Assembly (NCBI RefSeq): GCF_052425735.1
Contig: NC_135763.1
Coordinates: 33,914,001-33,978,000, forward strand
Reading direction: 5' to 3'
DNA: 64,000 nt
Source: Oculina patagonica
Taxonomy: Eukaryota
Shown here piece after piece: positions 1-12,378 of the stretch. Position 1 is the stretch's first letter, and every line of letters begins with the position of its first letter. Under the pieces are notes generated by a model. It was given only the letters and a program-made list of their open reading frames with translations. It was not told the origin of the DNA and did not search any database. A program made the translations under genes and the position numbers.

Positions 1-680
1 CGTTGTTGTTCAGTTTCTGTTTGTATTCTGTCTGCTGTATTTTGTCGAAGTCTCTGTAATCGTGCAGTTCGTTGTTGTTCAGTTTCTGTTTCTATTCTGT
101 CTGCTGTATTTTGTCCGTTACTAGGCAACAATAACCCAGAGCTTCGCGAGGCCCTGCGAGTCACGTATTACTAGTATGCTCGTATTCTTCTCTCACTATT
201 TTTAATAATAGTTGTAAATTTTGCCTTTGAAAGAACAGAAAATTCATAGAAAAATTCCAATTTTGGCTACTTGTTTTTGTTTATCGATTTTTTGTTATTA
301 AATACAAACATGTTTTCTGTTATTTAAATTTGCCAACCAGGCCTTGGTTGTTTAGAGGATGAATAATACTGTCCACCACGGGTAAATCACTATCCAGTGG
401 ATAGCATAGTTTTTTTGTCGACACTTATCCACTGGAAAGTGATTCATCTGGGCCAGGTTTTTCAAAGGGTGGATACTGCTATCCTTTGGATAAATCACTT
501 TTTTAGTGGATAAGTGTTGACAAAACAAACAGGCAAACTTCTCCTTATGGGGAACCTCTATAATACTAACACTTTGCCTATTTACAGACAGTTCACCTGG
601 TCTGAAAGAGACCAACATTCATACAATCTCCACCTCTGTAATATGGACACCTCCATAATACAGACACACTTTCCTGTCCC

Positions 681-1269
681 TAGGGCTTTCCACAAGTTGC
701 TCGGCAACTTTTTGGCAACTTTTCATGTTTCGAGCAACTTTTTCCCATTCGAGCAACTTTTTTCCTCTCGAGCAACTTGTTGCATTTTAAGCCATTTCCA
801 GACCGAACGATCTCCGAAGATTATCCGAGTGTTGTTCAAAGGCAATATGAACGTTTCCGATGATTTACGAAGTTTGCCGAAGACTTAAGAGAAAGATCTG
901 AAGACATTCCAACTTTCGGCTACAAAACTCGTCAGCAAACGTGACGTCATGGATATCTTGACGATTTTTCTCAGTTAAAGAAATCTTTGTTGTTTAACAA
1001 ATTTTCCCCTTAATATGTCATTTAGATACTTCTTTTGCTGTAAAATTGCATTAAACTGCTTAGAAATCTTACTCTCAAAGGGAAATTAGCATATATTTAG
1101 AGAAATTCTCGTGACTAGAAGCAGCGTTTCGGATATTTTGGAGCATCTTTTGAGCAACTTTTATTATCAGAAGCAACTTTTTTGGATTTTTGAAGCAACT
1201 TTTGAGCAACTTTTTGAGAAATTACGGGCAACTTTTTGGGAAATCTCGAGCAACTTGTGGAAAGCCCTA
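681..1269. mobile_element. Non-autonomous hAT-type MITE (TAGGG termini, 8-bp TSD)
   Basis: TIR TAGGGCTTTCCACAAGTTGCTCG at both ends; TSD CCTGTCCC at 673-680 and 1270-1277; empty site in the duplicate copy (~6342-6349); second family member at 46679-47284. Confidence 0.92.
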
Positions 1270-2020
1270 CCTGTCCCTTCAGTGTCCCTTCATAAAATGG
1301 CTATCTAGTGTGTAAGTGTTGACAAAACAAGCTATGTTATCCACTGTATAGTGTTTTATCTGGTGGATAACATTATTCATCCTTTGAACAGCTGAGGCCT
1401 GGTGGACAGTATTACCCACCCTTTTAAATGGGGCTCAGTTTTAATAACACTTTAATTAAACAGCTGGGACACTAACAACAATAGGTGGTGGCAATAGGTT
1501 GATGGCCATTATAACACATCTGTATAGTGTAGCCTCACAAATTATAAGTGTAGTGATCGTTAGACTTAGTCCTTATGCAGGGCTGCAAATAATTTTTTTT
1601 CACTTGAAAGAACATATGTCCTACTAAGACTCCATCTTGGTCGTACAAAACAAAATAATTGTGATTGGACAGAGTTTTATTCATCATTGCCGTTAATGAT
1701 TTACGATAAAAAAAATTGTCCCGACATGTGTCCGACCACACTTGGGATTTCGTCGAACATGAGCAAATTCTGGTCAGTCAATGTGCGATGACCGACTTAT
1801 TTGCAGCCCTGTTATGTTGTTAATAGAAGACAGGCTGGGCAAGTGGTTAGGGTACAGGACTTACAATACAATACAATACAATACAATACAATACAATACA
1901 ATACAATACAATACAATGTTTAATGTGGTCATACACTTAGCTATGGTTTCGATGCGTCCCGCAGATATGGTTAGCAAAATCTGCGGGAACGCACCAGCTA
2001 GTTTACAGGTAAGCCACAAT

Positions 2021-3061
2021 GTGTGGTTCCAGAAAATATCCATACCCCCACCACGGAGGGTATTTCACGTAAGACCCCCCACCTCTCTGGAATTTCCGTT
2101 TTTGTTAAGAAAAATAAACCCCCCCACCCCTCCGGAATTTCCAAAAGTATATTGCGTACCCCCCAGCCCCTCTGGAAAAAAAGATAAATTGTACAATGCT
2201 CTAAATTTTAGGCCACCTCTCTTGTAAACAGTTACAGTGTATAACTGATCGATCGGAAGATATGTTAGAACGATACATACGTTTAATACATGTACTGCTG
2301 AAGACAAAATAAGAAATTTCCTCAAAAGTAAACAAACAAAATATCTGGTAGTCACTTGTCAAATTACCTTGTTGTATAACCATCCATCCCTTTTCATTCC
2401 AATCGCTTTAGAAAACCGCTATTAAAATGTATCAGAACACGGATTTGAAGTGTTGATATAAACCATAAACATTCACCGTAAACGTGATCTCAAAATCGCT
2501 AATGCTCGCTGAGAAAGCAAAATTTAACAGGAAAATTACAAACAAATAGCCAGAAATAACAAAACCATGTTAATCTCGAGTTTCTGACATCATTACACTT
2601 TTTTCATCGCTAATAAACATGAAACTTTTCACAAACAAGGACGATTTTCCTTCGATCGAACGTGAAACAAGCAACCCTTGACACCAGTGCCTTTCGGTCA
2701 AACCACGTGACAAGTTTCGGGGGACTGGTAACAAGTAATGGCGGACGAACGAACATGGAGGATTTCAGTGAAATTATTTGCTTTCAGTGTGCTTTCAGGA
2801 GAAAGAAAACCCGTTTTAAATGTAAAGCGATTGTGAATCAAGAACCCAGAGTGCTATTTTTGCTATGTAAAACACTTGTAGAGTAGGTAAGAAACGATTT
2901 TTGAAACTAGTTTGCACTGCATCAAACTTGACCGTCTGGAAACATAATTCCACTGGCAACCCCCCTCCTCTTCGGAATTTCCTGGGCCCTTGACCCCCCC
3001 ACCCCCCTGGAATTTCCAATTTCCTCCGTGGTGGGGGTATGGATATTTTCTGGAACCACAC
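2021..3061. mobile_element. MITE inserted in LINE 3' UTR (superfamily unassigned)
   Basis: ~35-bp TIR GTGTGGTTCCAGAAAATATCCATACCCCCACCACGGAGG, flanked by AAT on both sides. Confidence 0.8.
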
Positions 3062-3212
3062 AATGAAAATAAAAAATAAAAAAATAAAATAAATAAATAA
3101 AATAAAATAAAATAAAGTGAATAGAATTCTTCAAAGCTTTAAATATGTGCGACATTTCCTGATTAAAAATGAGCTAAAAGTTATAGAATATATACAATTA
3201 TTTAATTAAAAA

Positions 3213-4310
3213 TTACAAATGACAACTAATATCTACAGCATTTAACGCCTTTCTAAAGGTTTTATAGCATATTGAAGTTCTGGCAGTGTCTGAGAGGCTA
3301 TTCCATAATTTGGGGGCGAAATATCGCCAAGATTTGAGTCCGTGCTTGGTAGTTTGCACTTTAGGTAGATTGAGAATATTTTGTCCTCTTAAGTTGTAGG
3401 AAGAGTTTCTAGGTTGTATCAGCTCACGCAAGCAGGGAGGGCTAGGACCGTTTATTGTTTTGAAGATTGAGCTAGCAATTTTGTATACTCGTTGCTCGGC
3501 CAAGGTTGGCAGGCCAAGGGCTTGTAGAAGGTCCCTGTAAGGGGTGTTCTTGTCCTTGAAAACAAAGCGAATGGCCCTTTCGTTAACCTTCTCTAGCTTT
3601 GTTGCAGAGGTTTTGCTGCAGAAGTGCCATGTCTCTGCGCAGTAATTAAAATGCGGAGCAATAAAAGACGTATACATTGTCTTTCTTATTTCGTACGGTA
3701 GCATTTTCTTCATACGCTTTAATACTGCAACTTGTTGAGACACTTTCCTACAGACTTTAGTGACATGCCTGTCAAACTTGAGTTTGTCGTCCACAGTTAC
3801 ACCAAGTAGATCAAAATCCTCGGCAATCGGAATAACTGCATTTTCACAGCGAAATAATGGTTTGTTCTGCGTTTTACCCATCACAATCGCTTGGTACTTG
3901 GAATGGTTTCTTTTCATACCATTGTCAGTATACCACTTGTCAACGTGGTATAGATCAGTATTGATTGTGTCTTGAACTTTGGCGGGATCTTTATCAGCGT
4001 AGAAAATTTGTGTGTCATCTGCATAAGCAGATAGTTTACTTTGCTTTACAACATAGGCTAGATCATTCATAAATATATTGAAAAGCAGAGGTCCGAGTAT
4101 GGAGCCCTGCGGAATGCCAGCTTCTATATCTTGCCATGTGGAGAAATTGCTGCCGATCCTTACCCTTTGTCGCCGATTCGAGAGGTAATCCTTAATGAGT
4201 TTAACGGTTTTATCATCAGCCCCGTACATTTTTAATTTCGATATTATCAAATCGTGAGGTACCGTATCGAATGCTTTAGATAAGTCCATAGACACAAGAC
4301 CAATCACTTG
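3213..4310 (-). CDS. LINE ORF2 C-terminal part: reverse transcriptase domain (5'-truncated, uninterrupted ~365 codons)
   Basis: Motifs DLSKAFD, GIPQGSILGPLLFNIFMND, YADD, LGVTVDDKLKF in ORF 3213..4361; the ORF-track N-terminus upstream of ~4310 is flanking DNA. Confidence 0.9.
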   Translation of the reverse strand, partial: QVIGLVSMDLSKAFDTVPHDLIISKLKMYGADDKTVKLIKDYLSNRRQRVRIGSNFSTWQDIEAGIPQGSILGPLLFNIFMNDLAYVVKQSKLSAYADDTQIFYADKDPAKVQDTINTDLYHVDKWYTDNGMKRNHSKYQAIVMGKTQNKPLFRCENAVIPIAEDFDLLGVTVDDKLKFDRHVTKVCRKVSQQVAVLKRMKKMLPYEIRKTMYTSFIAPHFNYCAETWHFCSKTSATKLEKVNERAIRFVFKDKNTPYRDLLQALGLPTLAEQRVYKIASSIFKTINGPSPPCLRELIQPRNSSYNLRGQNILNLPKVQTTKHGLKSWRYFAPKLWNSLSDTARTSICYKTFRKALNAVDISCHL

Positions 4311-4427
4311 TAATTGAAACTGTAATTGAACTTGAAACTGGAAGGTTTTTTTCAGGTTCAAGTCCCATTTTGACCACTTACTGGGGTTGTTTTATGATAG
4401 ACCTAAGTTCAATTCTTCCACAACAGT

Positions 4428-4735
4428 TGATAAATAGTGAAGAAATTCTTCAACATGACATGAGCGTGGGACAGAGAAAAAATCTGAGTCCCCGACGGGA
4501 ATCGAACCATTGGCCTCCCAGATACCGGTTCGGCGCTCTAACCAACTGAGCTACGAGAGAGTCGTTGTGAGCTTATAGGCCATTTACTAGGTTGATATGT
4601 GACATGCGTCCTGCATACTGCTATGTCGAAAACATCAAATGTGTAGTACCGGTAAATAATAAAGATGGTAAATTTCAAGCTTGGTGATAAATAGTGAAGA
4701 AATTATATGAACATGACACGAGCGTGGGACAAAGT
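4428..4735 (-). repeat. tRNA-derived tandem repeat element (~260-bp unit), copy 1
   Basis: Minus strand ~4486-4563 reads TAGCTCAGTTGGTTAGAGC...CCGGTAT...GGTTCGATTCCC (A and B boxes); flanking sequence is repeated in tandem. Confidence 0.7.
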
Positions 4736-4749
4736 TATTTGCAATAAAT

Positions 4750-5662
4750 CAGGGCTCGAGACTAACTTTTTTGCTAACTAGCCTAGTGACAGCTTTGATT
4801 TCACTAGCCGAAACCAATTTTCTACTATCATAACTTTCAAGCATGGCTTTCATTTTTTTCCAAGTCACCTAAGGCAAAAGCCAATGACAAATCAGACAAA
4901 ATTGGTTTTTCCTCACGTTTTTGCTCCTACCCACCGCAGGATAATCTCAGGTATCCATCGGAACCGCATCTTACATGTGCACATGAAAGCTTTTTTAAAA
5001 GAGTTCACGGATGCAACCTCTCGTCCTCGTTGTTCATGCAACCTTACCCAATCACTGATTATACTGTGCCTGTTATAGGACTGAGTTTAACTTTTTTTGA
5101 AAGTACGCATGAACAAAGTACTATAATTTTTTCGTAATATAAGTACGTTAGTACGGCACAATGTTATACAGTTGAAACGTTAGTAATGTAAGAACGTTAG
5201 TACGGCACAATGTTATACAGTTGAAACGTTCATAATGTAGGTAGATGTAAGTACGTTAGTAATGTTAAACAGTTAATAAGTTTAGAGTTAATGTTATACA
5301 GTTAACAAGTGAACTTGTGGTATAGATTTACAGTTAATAAGTTCGTGAGCAGCATTTTGTCACTGATTAACATTAAAACCTAAAGTATGCTCGATTTCCC
5401 ACGGCGGAAAATAAAAGCAGAAACAGTTTTCTTTCACTTGTTGATTTCGTCACTGGAAAGTCCAAAAAAAAGTTATCGTTTGTTCGCTTTTCGGTAACTT
5501 AAGCTTTTCCATATTCTTTGATATACATCAACTGTGTTAGTTCTGTTCTTTCAGAGTCAATTTCAATTTTTCTTTTCTCAAAACTGCCTGAAACTTCAAC
5601 TAGCCATTTTGGCTAGTGAAAGCCCAAAATCTACTAGCCAAAACTGCATTTCTACTAGCCTT

Positions 5663-5695
<33 letters not shown>
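4750..5695. mobile_element. hAT-like MITE (CAGGG termini), copy in duplicate 1
   Basis: TIR CAGGGCTCGAGACTAAC / GTTAGTCTCGAGCCCTG; flanking AATAAAT on both sides; internal ACTAGCC subterminal repeats. Confidence 0.8.
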
Positions 5696-6505
5696 AATAA
5701 ATAATAATATAGTTCTATTCACACCTTGTATTTGTTGAGTACAGCTGTTTAAAGTGGGTGCAGTTGTATATTTATTTTTTATTCTGATGCATAAAAGAAC
5801 TGTTTCCCTTCAACGTCCAACTTCCTCTGTACCTATATGCTCGTATTCTTCTCTCACTATTTTTAATAATACTATAGTTGTAAATTTTGCCTTTGAAAGA
5901 ACAGAAAATTCATAGAAAAATTCCAATTTTGGCTACTTGTTTTTGTTTATCGATTTTTTGTTATTAAATACAAACATGTTTTCTGTTATTTAAATTTGCC
6001 AACCAGGCCTCGGTTGTTTAGAGGATGAATAATACTGTCCACCACGGGTAAATCACTATCCAGTGGATAGCATAGTTTTTTTGTTGACACTTATCCACTG
6101 GAAAGTGATTCATCTGGGCCAGGTTTTTCAAAGGGTGGATACTTCTATCCTTTGGATAAATCACTTTTTTAGTGGATAAGTGTTGACAAAACAAACTACA
6201 GGAAAACTTCTCCTTATGGGGAACCTCTATAATACTAACACTTTGCCTATTTACAGACAGTTCACCTGGTCTGAAAGAGACCAACATTCATACAATCTCC
6301 ACCTCTGTAATATGAACACCTCCATAATACAGACACACTTTCCTGTCCCTTCAGTGTCCCTTCACCAAATGGCTATCTAGTGTGTTAGTGTTGAGAAAAC
6401 AAGCTATGTTATCCCCTGTATAGTGTGTTATCTGGTGGATAACATTATTCATCCTTTGAACAGCTGAAAACAAGCTAAATTGTTGTCCACTGTATAGTGT
6501 TTTAT

Positions 6506-6807
6506 CCCAGGGGGGTACTTGCAGTATACATGACGGGGAGGTTCGACGTATTTTTTTGGGTTGGAAATTTACACCCTCCGTATTTTTTTGGGTCAAGAGA
6601 TCTGTCATGTATTTTTTTAGGTTTAAAGTCTGTTTGATTGAATAAATCAGTATCGAGGTGCTAGGTCTTGTACTTTTTGGGGTAGAAAATTTTGATGCCA
6701 GGTATTTTTTTGGGGGTGTAAAATTTCAGGCTCATTTATTTTTTTGGGTTTGCAATATGAAGCTCCGTTGGACCCCCCATCATGTATACTGCAAGTACCC
6801 CCCTGGG
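6506..6807. mobile_element. MITE with 8-bp TSD
   Basis: TIR CCCAGGGGGGTACTTGCAGTATACATGA; TSD TGTTTTAT (6498-6505, 6808-6815); empty site at ~1351-1362 in copy 1. Confidence 0.85.
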
Positions 6808-6913
6808 TGTTTTATCTGGTGGATAACATTCATCCTTTGAACAGCTGAGGCCTGGTGGACAGTATTACCCACCCTTTTAAATGGGGCTCAGTTTTAATAA
6901 CACTTTAATTTAA

Positions 6914-9900
6914 AGTGGTACTATGATCAAAATTTTACTTTCCCTTTTCTCTTCGGTTTTTGAAAGTACGTACATTAAATAGTAACCTTGCCAAATTTTA
7001 AGTTCAAATTCGAATTGGAAGACCACTTATTTCACGCGTAAACTTCGGCTTTGGCTTGCCGCCATTACTAGATTCAAAAATGTCCGAGGACCAAATAGAG
7101 ATCTGGAACTAGTTGGGGCGAGAGCATGCTGACGTCATATGCGCATCAACAAAATGGCTTCTTCGAAGGCTGGAGTGACCGATCTGGAAAACATTGGTTT
7201 TCTTTTTAATCTGTAGTGATGTAGAAGCCGTATCTACTGCGCAAATGTTTTTTAAACATACTTCAGGGCATCTCCATGTCACTTTTGCACAACATAGTGG
7301 CAGAAAACATTTCAATAGGCGGAATTTTTAACTCGCCCGAACCACGCAAGATGAATAATAGATCGTCTGATAACTTTGAGGGAAACTTGTACTCTTGGAA
7401 ATGCTTTATAGATATTTCTCCCTGCAACCTTTGTGAGGTTAACTTCTTCAACTATCCAAGGGAAGTGAATAGAATAGAACGCTTCGAATTATCTACAGTG
7501 AGTTTATTTTGGCGTAATTTACTTCTGTTGCTCAAGCTCTCGTGTTCTAGAATAGTCATTTTTAAATTTATTGTAAATACTTCATGTCAAAAAGGTAATT
7601 TTTGGGCAAATCGGCCTGTATGTTCCTGAATTATATCCTCTATTGTACAAATAAACTTAAATAAATTTGCACGAGGCGGTACATTATGTGAAAGAACATA
7701 CAGAGGATGCAAAGCTTAGCAATATCTTTTTACTGATTATGTACTGAAAATGTTTCCATTGTAGTCCTCTGTATACACTGTAGTCTTAATAAACTCACCA
7801 GCACGTCTTCAGTGTTGGTCACTTGTTTATTTCTGCATGCAATATAAAACACTACAGTAGGACTGTACTTCATTGTGCACTTATAGTATTCATAAACATT
7901 TTTTGAGAAGTAATCTCAGGATAGAACAGTGTTAGCCTGTCTCAGAGACACACATGCTATCCCGATTTTACTCAGTATATCTTTATTATATTTAAGTACA
8001 ACAGGGGCCATGAGCTATAATTATGACCTGTGCCAATCACTCATGCTGTGTGCAACAGAGCACCGTTGAAATCCTAGCTACTCTTTATTTTAAGTTTGCA
8101 ATATATTTATTTTTGAGAATGTAGTAGCCAACAATAAATCATGTGAATGTCTCAGAGAATCCCTGAGCTGCTGATCCATCATAATTTCTAACACAAGTAC
8201 AGTCAAATCTGTACCATAAATAAAAATGTTGTATTGATTGAGGTGAGGTGGCCTTAGTGTAAGTTGTCGGACTCCGGATCAAGCGGTTCAGGTGTGGACT
8301 CTTACTGGTGTCATTGTGCTGTGTTCTTGGGCAAGACTACTCTCATGGTGCCTCCTCTCCAAGTGTAGAATGGGAACTGGCAAATTGATGGTGTGACGAG
8401 GGCACGCAAGTCTAGTTGCTTGGTGGGCAACTAGACTTGCATGCAGACCTTGCCTTTTTCTAACAAGGGGGCAATTTTGAGGTCACACAGGACCCTAGCC
8501 TGCGAGAGCAGACGCATTTCCGGCCGTCGATTCTCTCCGCCGAAAAATATTTTTCGGCGGAGAGAAGCGACGGCCGGAAATGCGTCTGCTCTCGCAGGCT
8601 AACAGGACCCTTGCAACCATTAGATATGTATTTATTTAAAGAGTATACACGAACTGCGAAGCCGACAACAAATACAGTCAAACCTGTACCAAAATAAAAA
8701 TGTTGCATAGCAATGGGGTAGTTGTTTTGATTTAGGTGCGGTGACCTAATGGTCAGTGCGCAAGACTCTGAATCAAGCTGTTTAGGTGTGAGCCCAGACC
8801 AGTGTCATTACATGTATGTGGGGGGAGTGGGGAGGTTAAACCTGTGATGCAATTGTACTTCCATCTCATCCAGGTTGCTTAATCCTACTTAAACCAAGAT
8901 ATGCTTTGGCCTGATGGGCAAGCAGGCTTGCATGCAGACTTTGCCTTTTTGCATCAAGGAAGCAATTTATTTAGGGTGGTACACAGAGCTGGCTTGTTTA
9001 CAGTCACGTTAAGTTGACACAAGATTAGTCCCAAAATTGAACTCTCAATTACATACACATACTGCAGATGCACAATGTACTGCCAGTGATATTCTCTAGA
9101 AAGAGCCACTGTCATATTGCATATGATACCATAAAAAAATATTTTCTTGAGTAGATGCCAGACCCCGACTCAACGCAGGCTTCATTTAAATGCCGGTTCA
9201 AAACTGGAAACGTTTGATCAAGGTCCCAGTGTTTGTTTGAGGTCCAGGTGTTCCCGTTTATGAACTTAAAACTTTATACCCTTAATATTATTTTACTTGT
9301 TCCCATGTTGTGCATATATTGTTTCAGTTATTTTTATCATCAAAAAATCACGGGGCCAAGAGGAAAACAAATGGGTGAAATGAATAAGAAAAACTACTCC
9401 TACCCAGTTTTGCATTATCAGTAAATAGAGTGAAGGACTCTATACAGCATTCAAATGGTTTTCTTATTTTAAGAAACAGGAATACTGAATGCTGGCTGAA
9501 GCTAGATGTCTGAAGTGTTATTACCCATTAAAACACTTAGTTTTAAAAAGGTTTATTACCTGTATTGTAGTCAAGGAAGGTAAAACTGTATAAAACTCAA
9601 GGAGCTAAATCCATTGATCACCTGCACCATCTTGTTGACTTTAATTTTTCTGTATAAATTTTACATTATTTCATGTTTATAAAGCTTTTTTCGAAAAAAA
9701 ACAGCTGAGATAGATTTTATGCCCATGGCGTGTATGATAGATTACAAGAATGAAAACAACAGTAAAGATCATTTCAATCCTTCGCAAACGGCAAAAGCAA
9801 CCTTCATGTATATATATGCAGAGCTCTCTATTAATTCAAACATTGCAGACATTTTATCCTAACTATTCAATGTCGTTCTCATCATACCATGTATTCAAAC

Positions 9901-10455
9901 GTATGTAGTCCATGAATCGCCGTTCCTCTTCGTTCTTCGAGGCTTCTTCGATCGGTGCTTCGATTGTACAGCGCCAAAACCTCATCGAATGAAATAAATA
10001 TTGAAGTATTTGCATACAAACATTGCCCTTTAGACCGACGTCAAACGGCTTTAAATTCTCATTATAAGAAATGATGCCGCTAAATTGCAATGTCTCTTCG
10101 TTGCGGCTCTCTTGGGTTTTGCCACCGGGCAAACTAGACGAAGAATTTGTCGAAGAAATATCTTTTATAACCCTGTTAATTCTCAGTATATTCTCTCTTG
10201 GAACACTCGAAGCTCGAAGCGACGATGCGCATATGACGTCACGGACCAACTCATGCGTAAATCCGCTTTTCAGTACAGTCGCTGGCTCACTTTAGACGTC
10301 CGAGTAATGGCGGACGGGTTTTCCAAGCTATTTCAAGGCTTATATTGCTCGCAACGTTCTAAATTCTAGCGCGCTAGTTAAATATAGACTTATTGAACAA
10401 ATTGACTTTAGAAAAAGACGAAAAGAAAAACAAAAATTTTGGTCATAGTAGCACT
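6914..10455. mobile_element. 3.5 kb Kolobok-type DNA transposon (TTAA TSD, AG...CT termini), decayed/non-autonomous
   Basis: TTAA|AGTGGTACTATGATCAAAATTTT ... AAAATTTTGGTCATAGTAGCACT|TTAA; absent at the paralogous site (~1450-1465). TTAA plus purine-purine termini fit Kolobok rather than piggyBac. No intact transposase ORF seen. Confidence 0.75.
8496..8601. mobile_element. Hairpin MITE, TAG...CTA termini, 9-bp TSD (AcademH-like non-autonomous)
   Basis: Almost perfect 106-bp palindrome; TSD ACAGGACCC at 8487-8495 and 8602-8610. Confidence 0.8.
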
Positions 10456-11104
10456 TTAACAGCTGGGACACTAACAACAATAGGTGGTGGCAATAGGTTG
10501 ATGGCCATTATAACACATCTGTATAGTGTAGGCTCACAAATTATAAGTGTAGTGATCGTTAGACTTAGTCCTTATGCAGGGCTGCAAATAATTTTTTTTC
10601 ACTTGAAAGAACATATGTCCTACTAAGACTCCATCTTGGTCGTACAAAACAAAATAATTGTGATTGGACAGATTTTTATTCATCATTGCCGTTAATGATT
10701 TACGATAAAAAAATTGTCCCGACATGTGTCCGACCACACTTGGGATTTCGTCGAACATGAGCAAATTCTGGTCAGTCAATGTGCGAAAACCAACTTATTT
10801 GCAGCCCTGTTATGTTGTTAATAGAAGACAGGCTGGGCAAGTGGTTAGGGTACAGGACTTGAAACTGGAAGGTTTTTTTCAGGTTCAAGTCCCATTTTGA
10901 CCACTTACTGGGGTTGTTTTATGATAGACCTAAGTTCAATTCTTCCACAACAGTTGTAAAATATCCAGCTGGTGTGCCACTCGCCAGTCAGGATTCCTTA
11001 TTTGTTATTTTCTATTGTTATCTTCTATTTTTAATATTTGCTTCTGATCAACGTTTTTTTCATGATCCCTGCAAAGCCCCTCATGGGGAGAGGATAATTA
11101 AGTT

Positions 11105-11450
11105 GTAAATAATAAAGATGGTAAATTTCAAGCTCGGTGATAAATAGTGAAGAAATTATTCAACATGACACGAGCGTGGGACAGAGAAAAAATCTGAGTC
11201 CCCGACGGGAATCGAACCAATGGCCTCTCAGATACTGGTTGGGCGCTCTAACCAACTGAGCTACGAGAGACTTGTTGTGACCTTATAGGCCATTTACTAG
11301 GTTGATATGTGACATGCGTCCTGCATACTTCTAGGATCAGCAATGTCGAAATCATCAAATGTGTAGTAAATAATAAAGATGGTAAATTTCAAGCTCGGTG
11401 ATAAATAGTGAAGAAATTATATGAACATGACACGAGCGTGGGACAAAGTT
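11105..11450 (-). repeat. tRNA-derived tandem repeat element (261-bp period), copy 2
   Basis: GTAAATAATAAAGATGG... repeated at 11105 and 11366; tRNA-like A/B boxes on minus strand ~11195-11272. Confidence 0.7.
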
Positions 11451-11463
11451 ATTTGCAATAAAT

Positions 11464-12345
11464 CAGGGCTCGAGACTAACTTTTTTGCTAACTAGCCTAG
11501 TGGCTAGTGACAGCTTTGATTTCACTAGCCAAAACCAAATTTCTACTAGCCATAACTTTCAAGCATGGCTTTCATTTTTTTTTCCAAGTCACCTAAGGCA
11601 AAAGCCAATGACAAATCAGACAAAATTGGTTTTTCCTCACGTTTTTGCTCCTACCCACCGCAGGATAATCTCAGGTATCCATCGGAACCGCATCTTACAT
11701 GTGCACATGAAAGCTTTTTTAAAAGCGTTCACGGATGCAACCTCTCGTCCTCGTTGTTCATGCAACCTTACCCAATCACTGATTATACTGTGCCTGTTAT
11801 AGGACTGAGTTTAACTTTTTTTGTAAGTACGCATGAACAAAGTACTATAATTTTTTCGTAATATAAGTGTAGGAAACGTTAGTACGGCACAATGTTATAC
11901 AGTTGAAACGTTCATAATGTAGGTAGATGTAAGTACGTTAGTAATGTTAAACAGTTAATAAGTTTAGAGTTAATGTTATACAGTTAACAAGTGAACTTGT
12001 GGTATAGATAATACAGTTAATAAGTTCGTGAGCAGCATTTTGTCACTGATTAACATTAAAACCTAAAGTATGCTCGATTTCCCACGGCGGAAAATAAAAG
12101 CAGAAACAGTTTTCTTTCACTTGTCGATTTCGTCACTGGAAAGTCCAAAACAAAGTTATCGTTTGTTCGCTTTTCGGTAACTTAAGCTTTTCCATATTCT
12201 TTGATATACATCAACTGTGTTAGTTCTGTTCTTTCAGAGTCAATTTCAATTTTTCTTTTCTCAAAACTGCCTGAAACTTCAACTAGCCATTTTGGCTAGT
12301 GAAAGCCCAAAATCTACTAGCCAAAACTGCATTTCTACTAGCCTT

Positions 12346-12378
<33 letters not shown>
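11464..12378. mobile_element. hAT-like MITE (CAGGG termini), copy in duplicate 2
   Basis: Same TIRs and interior as 4750-5695 at the homologous site, so it predates the segmental duplication. Confidence 0.8.

Larger units (their letters stand above)
1863..4310 (-). mobile_element. 5'-truncated non-LTR retrotransposon (L2/CR1-group LINE)
   Basis: RT ORF at 3213-4310; 3' UTR with a hairpin (~1952-1995) and (ATTGT)n tail (ACAAT repeats 1863-1917 on +); whole segment absent at the paralogous site (10851 TACAGGACTT|GAAACTGG). Confidence 0.9.
175..5719 (+). repeat. Tandem segmental duplication, copy 1 (paralog 5836-12839)
   Basis: Near-identical colinear blocks 175-680/5836-6349, ~1278-1862/~6350-10860 (interrupted) and 4331-5719/10858-12839; duplicated ORF-track translations (352 vs 6018, 1535 vs 10534, 4884 vs 11485). 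Confidence 0.95.

Noticed and set aside
340-530. CRISPR-like array from recurring TTATCC/GGATAA motifs (and GAGCAACTT, TAAGCGCC repeats elsewhere)
   Set aside because: Eukaryotic context, irregular spacing, no cas genes; these are MITE subterminal repeats.
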